The position numbers and the translations under genes are program-made. From a plasmid: a stretch of DNA of 64,000 nt. Each line of letters starts with the position of its first letter. Positions within the stretch are counted from its first letter, which is position 1. Under the pieces are notes generated by a model. That model was given only the letters and a program-made list of their open reading frames with translations. It was not told where the DNA came from and made no database searches. The stretch lies in sequence record CP099787.1; one strand, written 5' to 3'. Shown here piece after piece: positions 9,271 through 19,240 of this stretch.

Positions 9271-10527
9271 TTAAATAAGGTCTTGTTGATTTAAAATAAC
9301 TTGCATACGAGAGTCTTCAACATTAGAAGATGGAACAAATACATGTAATTGCGCCATAGAATCTAAAATAGTCGCCAACTCATTAACTAGTACTGGATAT
9401 TGAATTAAGCTTTTCCACGAAAACAAATTAGCTGTATTTTCATCATTAAAGCTTCTTAAAAAGCCACAAGCTACTGATACTAAGTCTTCATCTTCGCTTT
9501 CTGTTAAATCTAAAATACTGACGTAACTTTCCAAAATACCATTAAAATAAGCTGTCTCAAGCTCTGAAAATGCCTTTTCATTTGCTTGTTTTACAATCTC
9601 TTTTGTTTGCTTTTGAGTAGTAGTCGTAAAAGATTTTTCATCTTTCACTGCTTCAGTATTTTCAACCGATTCTTGAACTTTTGCAGGTTGCTGTAAAGTC
9701 TCTTTAGTTTCGGTAATGAGCTCTTGAGTATTGTCCACTTTACTATCTTCATCTTTTTCACCAGCCTTTGGCGAATTCTGAAGTTCTAAAGATGACTGTG
9801 TTACCTCTGAAGTGCTTGAGGTAATAATTTCACCCTTCAGCTCTTTAGACCATACACGGGCTAATTTTGATGAAATAGCACCTTCATGATCTGCTACTAA
9901 CGCTTTTACTTCTTCTGGATACTCAGCTAATAAGTTTTTAATGATCGTGCCAGTTTCAGCATCATTTACCATTTTATTAGCCATAAGGCTTTTTAGATAA
10001 TCATCTGATTCAAGCAATTGTAATCTTCGAGAAACCCATGTCTTTGACTTATTAATTTCATTAGCTAAATCGTCATAACTATACTTTGGATTCTCTGCCA
10101 CGCCTTCTTCTAGCATCAATTTTAAATTCGTAGCAACTTCAAGCAAACTCATGTCTTTTCTAAATAAGTTTTCTGACATTTTTACTCGGCGTGAACCAAG
10201 TTTGTTATCAATCGTTGCTTCGATAGTATCCAAGTTCAAATGTTTATGAGCTAAATAACGATAATGGCCCATATTAATAATATATTCACCAGGATTATCA
10301 GAATCGGCTCTAACTGAAATAGGCTGAAGTAAACCATCTCTCAAAATAGTATTTGCCAGTTCTTTTACATAATCTTGATCATATTCAAGACGTACATTCT
10401 GAGGATCCAACTTAACCCGATTAAGCGGCAATTTTAGAATTGTGCGGTCAGAGTTATTGTTAGCATTTAAGTTTGCTGAAGTTAATGAGCTATCAACAGC
10501 GTTTAAATCACCTAATAAAGAAGACAT
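9271..10527 (-). CDS. parB: ParB/KorB-like partition and regulatory protein
   Basis: ParB N-terminal domain motifs (LQPISVR, GHYRYLA); long acidic C-terminal half as in KorB; directly downstream of parA. Confidence 0.8.
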   Translation of the reverse strand: MSSLLGDLNAVDSSLTSANLNANNNSDRTILKLPLNRVKLDPQNVRLEYDQDYVKELANTILRDGLLQPISVRADSDNPGEYIINMGHYRYLAHKHLNLDTIEATIDNKLGSRRVKMSENLFRKDMSLLEVATNLKLMLEEGVAENPKYSYDDLANEINKSKTWVSRRLQLLESDDYLKSLMANKMVNDAETGTIIKNLLAEYPEEVKALVADHEGAISSKLARVWSKELKGEIITSSTSEVTQSSLELQNSPKAGEKDEDSKVDNTQELITETKETLQQPAKVQESVENTEAVKDEKSFTTTTQKQTKEIVKQANEKAFSELETAYFNGILESYVSILDLTESEDEDLVSVACGFLRSFNDENTANLFSWKSLIQYPVLVNELATILDSMAQLHVFVPSSNVEDSRMQVILNQQDLI

Positions 10528-10530
10528 AGC

Positions 10531-11304
10531 TTAAACCCCCATTTTCTCTAAAACTAATTGATTAATTTTTTTGATTTTTCGCCCTACATCTTTTGCTGAC
10601 GTTTTATCAATTTTCCATACTGGAACTTGTTGTTCACTTGCATCAGCAATTGCAGATCGATTAGGTATGAAAGCAGTCTTATCAAGCATTAAATGACTCA
10701 GTTGTTTCTGCAATTCATTTAAAGTTGTTTTTTGAGTAACAGAGTTAGCACTAACCATATTTGGAAGCAGCCCTAGAAACTGAATTTTTGGGTTTACTTC
10801 TTTAATTTCTTGTGTGGTATCAATAATACCTCTTAGCCCTAGAATTGAATATTTATCCAATAAAAAAGGAGATAGAGCAAATTCAGAAACTAACAAAGGT
10901 AATCGCTGAAACGGGCCGTCTGTAGGAGGTGTATCAAAAATACAGATATCAAAAAATTCGTTAGCCTTAGCAATATTTGATTTGAAATTACGTTGGTATT
11001 CTTCAACTTTATCTAGCTTAAACTCTTGTTCTGTAGGATCAAAAAGTGATTTTAAACTCTTATTACCTTTAAAAAGAACAAAATATTTATCTAAAGTTTC
11101 AAAGTTTTGGATATCCGTAAATAGACTATGGGTATCTTTAATCTCAACCGCAACTTTACTAAGTGAGAAACCACTATTACCTTGTTTATCCATGTCTACA
11201 AATAGAACACGCATACCGCGCTCATAACAGTAATGTGCCAAATGAACAGCAACAGAGGTTTTGCCAATCCCACCCTTTTCGTTAGTGATTACGATTTTTT
11301 TCAT
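10531..11304 (-). CDS. parA: ParA partition ATPase
   Basis: Deviant Walker A KGGIGKTS; 257 aa. Confidence 0.85.
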   Translation of the reverse strand: MKKIVITNEKGGIGKTSVAVHLAHYCYERGMRVLFVDMDKQGNSGFSLSKVAVEIKDTHSLFTDIQNFETLDKYFVLFKGNKSLKSLFDPTEQEFKLDKVEEYQRNFKSNIAKANEFFDICIFDTPPTDGPFQRLPLLVSEFALSPFLLDKYSILGLRGIIDTTQEIKEVNPKIQFLGLLPNMVSANSVTQKTTLNELQKQLSHLMLDKTAFIPNRSAIADASEQQVPVWKIDKTSAKDVGRKIKKINQLVLEKMGV

Positions 11305-11360
11305 TGTTCTTTACTCCAAGCATTTCTGCTCAATTTTGAAATCAGCCTATCCGATTTCTG

Positions 11361-11400
11361 AATAAATTATACTACTAAAACATACTTTTTTGCAAGAAAA
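11361..11400 (-). promoter_or_regulatory. parAB promoter: -35 TTGCAA, 18-bp spacer, -10 TATAAT
   Basis: Read on the minus strand; the 24-bp palindrome lies about 40 bp upstream. Confidence 0.5.
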
Positions 11401-11435
11401 AGATTAAATTTTATAGCGCCAATTTGTCTTAAATA

Positions 11436-11459
11436 GGTTGTTGCGGATCCGCAACAACC
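11436..11459. repeat. 24-bp perfect palindrome GGTTGTTGCGGATCCGCAACAACC (candidate ParB/KorB operator or parS)
   Basis: Seen directly in sequence; intergenic, upstream of parA. Confidence 0.9.
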
Positions 11460-11496
11460 TAAGCTTGTGTAAGTTACATCTATGCATATAAAAAAA

Positions 11497-12274
11497 TCAA
11501 TCATTAATTAAAATGAAATTAGGCACATAATCTTCAGCTTTATGTACAATTTCCTTTAATTTTTGACTATGCAATTTTATGTCCCACCCTTTTACGTAAT
11601 ACATTAAGCTACACCAGCATTCACGATACTTTAACTTGAGGGTATCACCAACAAAAATACGGCAAGGCACTGCCCACAAACTTAGTTGTATATAACACAT
11701 TAAAGCAACGTTTCTATCAATGTCTGCTGCCTCAATATACAAGTGATCTTGCACTTGTATCTTAGATTCCAAACAGAGTTTTACAGTTGAAAGTAAAGTT
11801 GAGCCAGCTCCACAAGCTGGATCGGAAATCGAAATCACCCCCTCTTCCTCAAGTTGGTTTTTTAAGGTCGGTCATTACAACTTGAGCACATAAATTTGAT
11901 ACCTCACTTGGTGTAAAATATTGGCCGATATGATCATTCCCAATTTCTAATTCCATGTAAATGCTACCTAACACATCATATGGCTCACCCTTTGCTTCGC
12001 ATAAATCCACCAACAGATAAAACAATTTTTTTATTTTTAAACGTCCACTAACGTCGTAACGATTGATACGTTGAAGATATTCATTTTCAATATTGTGGTT
12101 AAACAAATTTTGATATCTATGACCAATTGAGTTTCTTAATGCTGCTGCTGAACAAAAAACAAAGTCATGAAATATTTCATAAATGTTTTTAGATTGGTCG
12201 ATACTTTTTAAGGTATGTATAAACTCACTTTTCAAAACACTATAAGTTTTACCAATGTTAACTTTTGAATTCAC
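11497..12274 (-). pseudogene. N6-adenine DNA methyltransferase remnant (HsdM/gamma-class), frameshifted and 3'-truncated
   Basis: GQYFTPSEV (motif X) and DPACGAGSTLL (motif I) in two ORFs split at a C5 run around 11836-11840; ends after GDTL with no NPPF/NPPY motif. Confidence 0.55.
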
Positions 12275-12302
12275 TTTTTTCTCCGCAAGCTCTTCAGCTC
12301 AA

Positions 12303-12800
12303 TCAATTAATAGTTTTCAATGTATTGAATTGTATAAAACCATTTAAACCGGCTTTACGAAAAGTTTCTAAGACTTTGAAATACATTAATTGGAAATTAA
12401 GAGACTCATCTGCTGTTTTAGTGAATTCTCCCAAGTGGTCAGGTCTGAATAATATATCTGCGTTATTATTAAACCAGGTCAAACATTCAAAAATGAAGTC
12501 ACCATAGAACTCATATGTTTCTTGAATAGCGGTTAAGAAAGGACAAGGAATACCAATCAATTCTTCAAGAACTTTTAATGTTGAAATAAACTTATTAAAT
12601 GACTCTTTTGTACTTAATGTATAAACATTAAAGTCCTTACAATCATACATAGTAGTAGATAAGGCAACTAAGCCAGTATTGTATTCAAAAGATGGCTTCA
12701 TAATATCAATATGGCCAACAGCACATGCACAATGTGATGGAGTCTTTAAACGACCAATTTTTAAATCAGTTATGATTAATACATTAAAATAATTATTCAT
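12303..12800 (-). CDS. hypothetical protein (165 aa)
   Basis: ORF with UTR hairpin; leader carries repeat copy B. Confidence 0.45.
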   Translation of the reverse strand: MNNYFNVLIITDLKIGRLKTPSHCACAVGHIDIMKPSFEYNTGLVALSTTMYDCKDFNVYTLSTKESFNKFISTLKVLEELIGIPCPFLTAIQETYEFYGDFIFECLTWFNNNADILFRPDHLGEFTKTADESLNFQLMYFKVLETFRKAGLNGFIQFNTLKTIN

Positions 12801-12963
12801 TTTTTCACCATAAGCTTTTCAGCTCAAAATACGAAATCAGCCTATCCGATTTCTAACCCCAAAATTGTAATACAATGATGTATTTTAATCAAGATCTTTA
12901 AACGTTAATATTGTTAAAAAACATTAATTTAATGAAATATATTTTCGAATTAAACATTACTAA

Positions 12964-13142
12964 CAGAGCAACGTGTCCACGTTGCGAACTGAAGGAATTT
13001 GCGAGCATCTCCCTACTTGATTACCGTTTCAAACTTCGAGCGAGTCAGTCAAAATCTGTGATTTTGACTAGACGACCGAAGAAGTGAAACTTCTCCCATT
13101 GGAGCTTATCCGGGAGTAACAAAGCAATCCCGCAGGGTTGCG
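12964..13142 (-). repeat. Repeat copy B of the ~180-bp structured leader element
   Basis: About 95% identical to copies A and C over the core. Confidence 0.85.
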
Positions 13143-13282
13143 CTTCTAAATTGCGAATCTAATTGATTTTAGGTTCATCCACTCTAGTTAATTAATGGAA
13201 CTGACAGCATTTTTTAATATTCTAGTGTGTTAGGGATAGATATACTTACCTACACCTACTTTAAAAATCACATAACACATGT

Positions 13283-14075
13283 CTAAGCTACATTCGCTTG
13301 GTTAAACATATTTAAGATATCAATTGCTGAAGTATTTTGACGAAAAAAAACTCTATCAGGCCTGCCTGGTTGATTGTTAGTTTGCCCGTGGATCCTTTCC
13401 ATTCGTAAATGAAACTCTAAAGCAAACGGATTTGATTCAAGCTGCTTCAATAATTTTGGAAATGATTTCTCAAAACACATATTACAATTTCCATCCCATT
13501 CATTTAGCTCTAGATCAAACGCTTGCTTTGACCACCAATCTAATATGAATTGCTTATCCACTGGATGTTCTGTGACTAATGGATAAATAAAGTTATTTGC
13601 TTCTGCATCCTTAGCACAACGTTTAGATTCATCAGCCCGGATACCGATTGCAGTAGGGATATCTTTAGGTTTCATCCCAATACTACGAATATATGAATCC
13701 ATTGGTCTTATTTTTAATTCACGGGTGCAATGCTTATAAACTTTATTAGGAATTCCGTATTTCTCAATCATCTGTTCAAAAAGTACTGGCCCCCTGGTAG
13801 CTGTCTTAAAATTGACAACTTTATGCGTCGTACCTACTCTTTTTTTAGGGTGAATAACTTGCTTCTAACCAAACTGTATTGAAATTAAAATATTTATCAC
13901 ATTTATCGACAAACTCTAAAGTTTTCTCATGCTCAATGCCTGTATTTGCAAATGTGACTATAAAGTTATAAAGGTGGCTATAGTTATTAAGCAAGTACCA
14001 GGTTAAATATGCTGAAGTACGTCCACCACTAAAGCTAATTTGATAATATGATTTCATTAATTTCACCTTAAGCAT
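13283..14075 (-). pseudogene. PAPS-reductase-like PP-loop ATP pyrophosphatase split into two ORFs (13845-14075 and 13283-13771)
   Basis: SFSGGRTSA P-loop in the N-terminal ORF; CTRELKIRP and GIRADES in the C-terminal ORF; T7 run at about 13848. Confidence 0.55.
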
Positions 14076-14328
14076 TTCTGCTCGAATCTCAATTGTTTTA
14101 GCCTTTTATAATTTTTAATCTGAACCGCATCCCTCTTTATTAAAGGCCCCCATAGGTAGCTCCCAGTTTTTTGTAAATATAGGCAAGGTATATTCTTTTC
14201 TCATTGCCTGATCCAAAGCTACTAAATCATTGATATTAAAAGGCTGAATACCCTCACTTATATTTATGACATTGATTTTTTTTCGACTAATTGTAGTTGC
14301 AAATTGTTCTTCGTATTTAAAAATTCGA

Positions 14329-15207
14329 TCAATACGATTGGGAAAATAATGTTTGATGGTTTGCCCAAACTTTCGGGCTATTATAGATACAAGTCATACA
14401 GCTTGATCTCGACCATCCTAAGCGATATGGTACTGGCGCTGCGACATTATGACGCTCTAAAATTTCCCACACTTGACGTTCTGTAAAATCAAGAACTGGT
14501 CGATATGCATCAATTAGACGACCTTTTTTCCCATTACGATTATCACAAAAATGTGTTTCTAATTGGAAGTATTTTGCTCGATTAGGACTTTCTTCTCGAC
14601 GCTCTCCAGTAACAAATAAAACTTTAGAGTTATTAAAACGCTCCTGGTTTGATAAAGCTCTACGCCCTACCTCGATCTTCAGAGCTGAAGAACACCATCT
14701 AATACGGAGATCTGCTGATTGTTGAGGAAACCGCAATCTCGTTCCAGCTTTTGCTCGTTTTCTTGGAATAATGATATTCCCACTCGGTGTTTCAATCTCA
14801 TATTCATGGCTTATGGAATTATTTTTTAGCATCTCCCCCTCGAAGCCATGCATTAACCAGCTATTATAAATTGGTAAATTAAATGCTTTGGCAAGCTGTT
14901 TGTTGTAGCTATCCATAAACAGCCAATCCATAAACGGCTCACTCTTACCGTCAACAAGGTTATGCCACAATTCAACCTTTGACATGTCCACGCCTTTCTC
15001 TATTAAATAGAGCAAAGAAGCAATACTATCTTTTCCGCCACTCATACTGACGATAATTAAATCATAAATATCTAAATCTATTTCTGAGACAGAGAACAAC
15101 TTACCTTCAGATGCAAGTGCCTGTCCTATAGCATTTTTTAATACATTAGGAATAACATTCACATCATCATGTCTATCAAGCTCTTTATATAAAGCATTAT
15201 TTTTCAT
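14329..15207 (-). CDS. PAPS reductase family (PP-loop) protein
   Basis: SGGKDS P-loop and ERREES motif. Confidence 0.7.
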   Translation of the reverse strand: MKNNALYKELDRHDDVNVIPNVLKNAIGQALASEGKLFSVSEIDLDIYDLIIVSMSGGKDSIASLLYLIEKGVDMSKVELWHNLVDGKSEPFMDWLFMDSYNKQLAKAFNLPIYNSWLMHGFEGEMLKNNSISHEYEIETPSGNIIIPRKRAKAGTRLRFPQQSADLRIRWCSSALKIEVGRRALSNQERFNNSKVLFVTGERREESPNRAKYFQLETHFCDNRNGKKGRLIDAYRPVLDFTERQVWEILERHNVAAPVPYRLGWSRSSCMTCIYNSPKVWANHQTLFSQSY

Positions 15208-15357
15208 TCAATTCACCTTAAGCTTTTCAGCTCATATATAGAAACCAGCCTACCCGATTTCACCCCTCAATTATACTACATTTTCATGTCTTTTTATTAA
15301 GAAAAAACATATATTTAGTGTAATTTTTCGTTTTATAAAATACTTTTGCAGAGCAAC

Positions 15358-15527
15358 GTGTCCACGTTGCGAACTGATGAAATTTGCGAGCATCCCCCTC
15401 CTTGATTACCGTTTCAAACTTCGAGCGAGTCAGTCAAAATCTGTGATTTTGACTAGACGACCGAAGAAGTGAAACTTCTCCCATTGGACCTTATCCGGTA
15501 ATAACAAAGCAATCCCGCAGGGTTGCG
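15358..15527 (-). repeat. Repeat copy C of the ~180-bp structured leader element; extended homology with copy A spans about 15213-15600
   Basis: Near-identical to 924-1102. Confidence 0.85.
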
Positions 15528-15719
15528 ACAAATAGCCCTCTAAATCGCTCTATTTGCTCCTAGATTCAATTTTATAGAAACAAGGTAGCCTAACTACCAA
15601 AGAAATAAAACATGGCTAGAATTAACAAATATGATCAAAAACAAAATTAAACTTGTAATATTTTTTGTATATAAATTAAATAAATCACATATAATAAATT
15701 ACTGAAAGGAGGATTTGTT

Positions 15720-15926
15720 ATGGGATCTACAGTACGTCTCCGGGATCCAACAGCTCAACTTGTTATGGATACCGCATTAGATATGCAACAAGAGCAACGT
15801 CAAATGGTTAAAACTTCAGATATTGTTGAAACATTGGTTCAAAGATATATAAAGACAATTAGCTTTGAAGATGTTCAACAAACTATTGAAAATCGCAAAA
15901 AGAATAAAAAAAATAAGGACAAATAG
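15720..15926 (+). CDS. small protein with strong SD AAAGGAGGA; possible transcriptional regulator or antitoxin-like
   Basis: Only plus-strand gene in this region; basic C-terminus. Confidence 0.4.
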   Translation: MGSTVRLRDPTAQLVMDTALDMQQEQRQMVKTSDIVETLVQRYIKTISFEDVQQTIENRKKNKKNKDK

Positions 15927-15931
15927 AAAAC

Positions 15932-16168
15932 CTATTTGCCCTTATAAATTGTGTCAAACTCTGTCAACCAATCAAGCCTGTTAAAACCGGCTTCAACTTC
16001 ATTGCCTCTTACATCTGCAATATAAAATTTCTTCTTACCATCTTTAAGAAACCATCCAGCTAATATATTTACATAATTACTCTTACAGTTCAGAACTCTC
16101 ATGTAAGCATCCGGTGCAGCAGGATGAGCTGGATCAACATGCTCAAGTTGAGGATCAACGTTACTCAT
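15932..16168 (-). CDS. small hypothetical protein
   Basis: ORF track. Confidence 0.35.
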   Translation of the reverse strand: MSNVDPQLEHVDPAHPAAPDAYMRVLNCKSNYVNILAGWFLKDGKKKFYIADVRGNEVEAGFNRLDWLTEFDTIYKGK

Positions 16169-16172
16169 TCAA

Positions 16173-16880
16173 TCAACTCAAGAAAATCTTTTTCGTTTCA
16201 TTAGGATCAATAGCATGATGTAAGTTCACCTTACTCCCGTCCGAATACCCTTTTACTCGTGCTTGATTAAGCATATCTTTATTATAATGTTTAACACTTT
16301 TAACTTCGCAATATATAAGATTAAGAGTTTTCTCATATTCGCTCAGTTTTTCCTTTAGCTCTTTATCTGGATTTAAGTTCCTACACTTTTTTTCAACTCC
16401 AAGAATCCACCCTCTATGATAGCTTATGCCTAAACGTCTCTTAGATTTAAGTTTAGTATTTCCATGTAAAGTGGCTAAATAACTTTGTTTATTTTTAATC
16501 AAAATAGGGAGTAAAACAGTATATGCATATGTTGCAATAGACACATTTGGTTCAACTCCATAAAAAACATGTTGTTGATATTTCACACCTTCTAAAGTGT
16601 AAAAACCTGAGTAACTTCCGCATTCAAAGACATTTGCGATCATTACTTTAAGCCGTCTTTCAATATCTTTAGTTCTTTGAGTTTTTGTCTGAATAATTCG
16701 CTCTTTAATATCACTAATTAGTATCTGTTTTTCACTTATTTTGTACTTCTGCATCAATGTCTGTGCTTGCTTAAGTGCAACGGCTGCTTCATGCTCATTG
16801 GCACTTTTTGATAATGCTAGGCACTTACTAATTTTATCTATGATAGTTTGCATATCTTCCATTTTTGGCTCCTTAAGCAT
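16173..16880 (-). CDS. conserved plasmid hypothetical protein; start likely about 16861 (MEDMQ...)
   Basis: UTR hairpin plus SD. Confidence 0.45.
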   Translation of the reverse strand: MLKEPKMEDMQTIIDKISKCLALSKSANEHEAAVALKQAQTLMQKYKISEKQILISDIKERIIQTKTQRTKDIERRLKVMIANVFECGSYSGFYTLEGVKYQQHVFYGVEPNVSIATYAYTVLLPILIKNKQSYLATLHGNTKLKSKRRLGISYHRGWILGVEKKCRNLNPDKELKEKLSEYEKTLNLIYCEVKSVKHYNKDMLNQARVKGYSDGSKVNLHHAIDPNETKKIFLS

Positions 16881-16911
16881 TTCTGCTCAATTAAAATAAG
16901 TTTTAAAGATT

Positions 16912-17424
16912 CTAATCAATAAACATCAAGATCAATAAGAATAACCAAGCAACTAAACTCGCCCCTAAAGGTGTAAGTGTTATTACCCAAAATAAATCAT
17001 TTGCAGTAAATTGATCAGATTTATCTTCCTTTGTCCTAGCTTCAACTTTGGCTGAAAATTTATCATTCACTTTTTCAACCACGCCAATAAAAGCTCCAAT
17101 TTTCCACCAAATAGAAATTGCAATCTGAACGAAGACTAATTTTACGGCAAATGAGATGAAATAAATGTCCACTAAATTAAATAGCGATTCAAAGGGCAGT
17201 AAACTATCAATTGATTTTGAGTTATTAGCATTGTCAATACCCAAAATCTTATTTTCAAGATCTGACACGAATGCATCTATTTGCGTATTAAATACAAAAA
17301 ATACTAAATATCCTGTTATTAACACTATCAATAAGTATCCTAAACGCCAAATTATATTCTCTTTGGTGTTATTCACACGACTAATCATCAGACTCATAAT
17401 TTCTACCTCGTCTAGTTGTACCAA
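16912..17424 (-). CDS. membrane protein (4 TM)
   Basis: Hydrophobicity. Confidence 0.45.
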   Translation of the reverse strand: MVQLDEVEIMSLMISRVNNTKENIIWRLGYLLIVLITGYLVFFVFNTQIDAFVSDLENKILGIDNANNSKSIDSLLPFESLFNLVDIYFISFAVKLVFVQIAISIWWKIGAFIGVVEKVNDKFSAKVEARTKEDKSDQFTANDLFWVITLTPLGASLVAWLFLLILMFID

Positions 17425-17716
17425 CTAACATGAAATGTTCTGCTTCACCCTCGGAAAAAATACTCAATCCATATCTCGCCGGAGGAACAATAAAATTACT
17501 GGTAAAAATATCATCCTCCCTGTGCATCCAAAACTCATCAGTCACCCAAATTGGCTTACCAGCAGTTTTGCCTTTAAAGAATTTACCACGAGGTAAAATA
17601 TCTCCACGCTTTAACACGTTCTCTAACCAATATTTAAATGGTGCCTCATTGTTTCTTTTTGCTTTCAATATATTAATATTAAATTCGCGCGAATCTTGAG
17701 TAACACTAACTATCAT
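17381..17716 (-). CDS. hypothetical protein
   Basis: ORF track. Confidence 0.35.
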   Translation of the reverse strand: MIVSVTQDSREFNINILKAKRNNEAPFKYWLENVLKRGDILPRGKFFKGKTAGKPIWVTDEFWMHREDDIFTSNFIVPPARYGLSIFSEGEAEHFMLVGTTRRGRNYESDD

Positions 17717-17818
17717 ATGTTTTCCTTCTTAATCAATTAAATAAATTACTATCAATTTAAGTAATAATTTTTGGAAGAATTAAATCAAAATGGAATCTTT
17801 TTAATTCTTCCTTATCAA

Positions 17819-18007
17819 TCAAGATTTAATATCGGATATATTTTGTACAGCTAAATATCCACTTTGGCCAAATTTTCTAACTGTACTTAATGGTTTAATA
17901 TCCTTAGCTGGTAAAACCACAAAACCATTATTTTGATGAGCATTTTGGAAGATTTTTTCAAGTGTCCAAAATGTACAACCAACATCTACAATCATTATAT
18001 TTTCCAT
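17819..18007 (-). CDS. small hypothetical protein
   Basis: ORF track. Confidence 0.25.
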   Translation of the reverse strand: MENIMIVDVGCTFWTLEKIFQNAHQNNGFVVLPAKDIKPLSTVRKFGQSGYLAVQNISDIKS

Positions 18008-18019
18008 ATTTTGATCCTT

Positions 18020-18367
18020 TTAGTTGATACGTAAATCTTCAAGTTTCGCACCTTTTTCAATTTCGGCTACTAACCAACGTGGTTGTTTACCGCGTCCAGT
18101 CCAAGTATCTTGTTCGTTTGCTTTACTACGATAGCGCGGTTTTACAGATTTACGAGCTTTCTTTTTAGAGTTCGCTGCGCCTACTTTCAAAAGATCCTCT
18201 ACTGAATATCCTACGCTTTCTGCAATTGAAATTATTTTCAAATAAGCATCCTCAATGGCTTGTTCTTTTTTGATTTCAATTAATTTGGCTGCTTCAAGCT
18301 GAAGATCTTTTAACTCTTCAATTGATAATTCACTAATTTGCGACATATTCACCTCTTTATTAAACAT
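18020..18367 (-). CDS. hns: H-NS family nucleoid-associated (plasmid 'stealth') protein
   Basis: C-terminal TWTGRGKQPRWL DNA-binding motif; coiled-coil N-terminus. Confidence 0.8.
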   Translation of the reverse strand: MFNKEVNMSQISELSIEELKDLQLEAAKLIEIKKEQAIEDAYLKIISIAESVGYSVEDLLKVGAANSKKKARKSVKPRYRSKANEQDTWTGRGKQPRWLVAEIEKGAKLEDLRIN

Positions 18368-18376
18368 TAATTACTT

Positions 18377-18392
18377 GTTGCGGATCCGCAAC
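18377..18392. repeat. 16-bp palindrome GTTGCGGATCCGCAAC (18 bp with flanks)
   Basis: Intergenic between hns and the nuclease gene. Confidence 0.9.
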
Positions 18393-18411
18393 ATTCTTTC
18401 TCTACTAATAA

Positions 18412-18957
18412 CTACTGTGATTGATTCTTTCGCCACATACTCGGATATACCGGCTTAGCATCTTGCCAAAGACCAATTTTATTTTTTCGCGCGTATGACT
18501 CTAGATCCAGCATTATTGGATCATCTAAATATTCACGAAAGGCCCATGCCATACCATTTTTAACCATTATCCTATTAATAGGATCCACACCTACTAGAAC
18601 AGTTCCTATCAATCGATGATACTTGTCATACCCTTTTTCCTGGATATAAACATTTCTATTAAAAGTTAAATCTGATAAAGCTTGCTTAGCCTTTGCTCCA
18701 AATGGCTGGCTTTTTTCTGGTGCATCAATATCTGCTAGACGCACCTTTATTTGATTATTTGATCTGTCTAAAACTGTTATTGTATCTCCATCAGTTACAC
18801 CAATTACTCTTGCAACAAAGTCTGCGTTAGCAATGTTACTTACTAACAATAAGCTACCTAAAAATATCTTTATTCCAGTTACTTTCATAAGGTCAGTTTC
18901 CGCTAACAATATATAGTTTTTTTGTTTTATGATGATCTTCAAGCATTTGTTTTTCAA
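18412..18957 (-). CDS. secreted thermonuclease (SNase-like); start likely about 18888
   Basis: GVTDGDTITV ... RLADIDAPE motif; signal peptide. Confidence 0.75.
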   Translation of the reverse strand: MKNKCLKIIIKQKNYILLAETDLMKVTGIKIFLGSLLLVSNIANADFVARVIGVTDGDTITVLDRSNNQIKVRLADIDAPEKSQPFGAKAKQALSDLTFNRNVYIQEKGYDKYHRLIGTVLVGVDPINRIMVKNGMAWAFREYLDDPIMLDLESYARKNKIGLWQDAKPVYPSMWRKNQSQ

Positions 18958-19108
18958 GAATATCTATTCCGTTAGCTAGATCAATGCAATCCTGGCATAT
19001 ATATTCTTTATTAAAACAATTTTCATCTTGCTCAATTTCTTGAAAAATATGTGAATTTTGGTCACAAATCGAGCAAGTCTTAGGGAACTGAATTATTTCA
19101 CCATTCAT
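18893..19108 (-). CDS. small C4 zinc-ribbon protein
   Basis: CSIC...CQDC. Confidence 0.4.
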   Translation of the reverse strand: MNGEIIQFPKTCSICDQNSHIFQEIEQDENCFNKEYICQDCIDLANGIDILEKQMLEDHHKTKKLYIVSGN

Positions 19109-19240
19109 AATTTTTTCTCACCCTCATCTGTTTTGGATCAATTACTGGAAATTAAAGATCTTTTTTTAAAGCCATTTTCTTCACAAGTTGTTTCACCAAC
19201 ATAGCTAGATCCGCTTTCACAAGCATGTTTAATAACCTGC

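Noticed and set aside
924-15527. The ~180-bp repeat as an IS/MITE or integron attC
   Set aside because: No terminal inverted repeats, no target-site duplication and no transposase or integrase nearby. Copies sit at a fixed position in 5' leaders.
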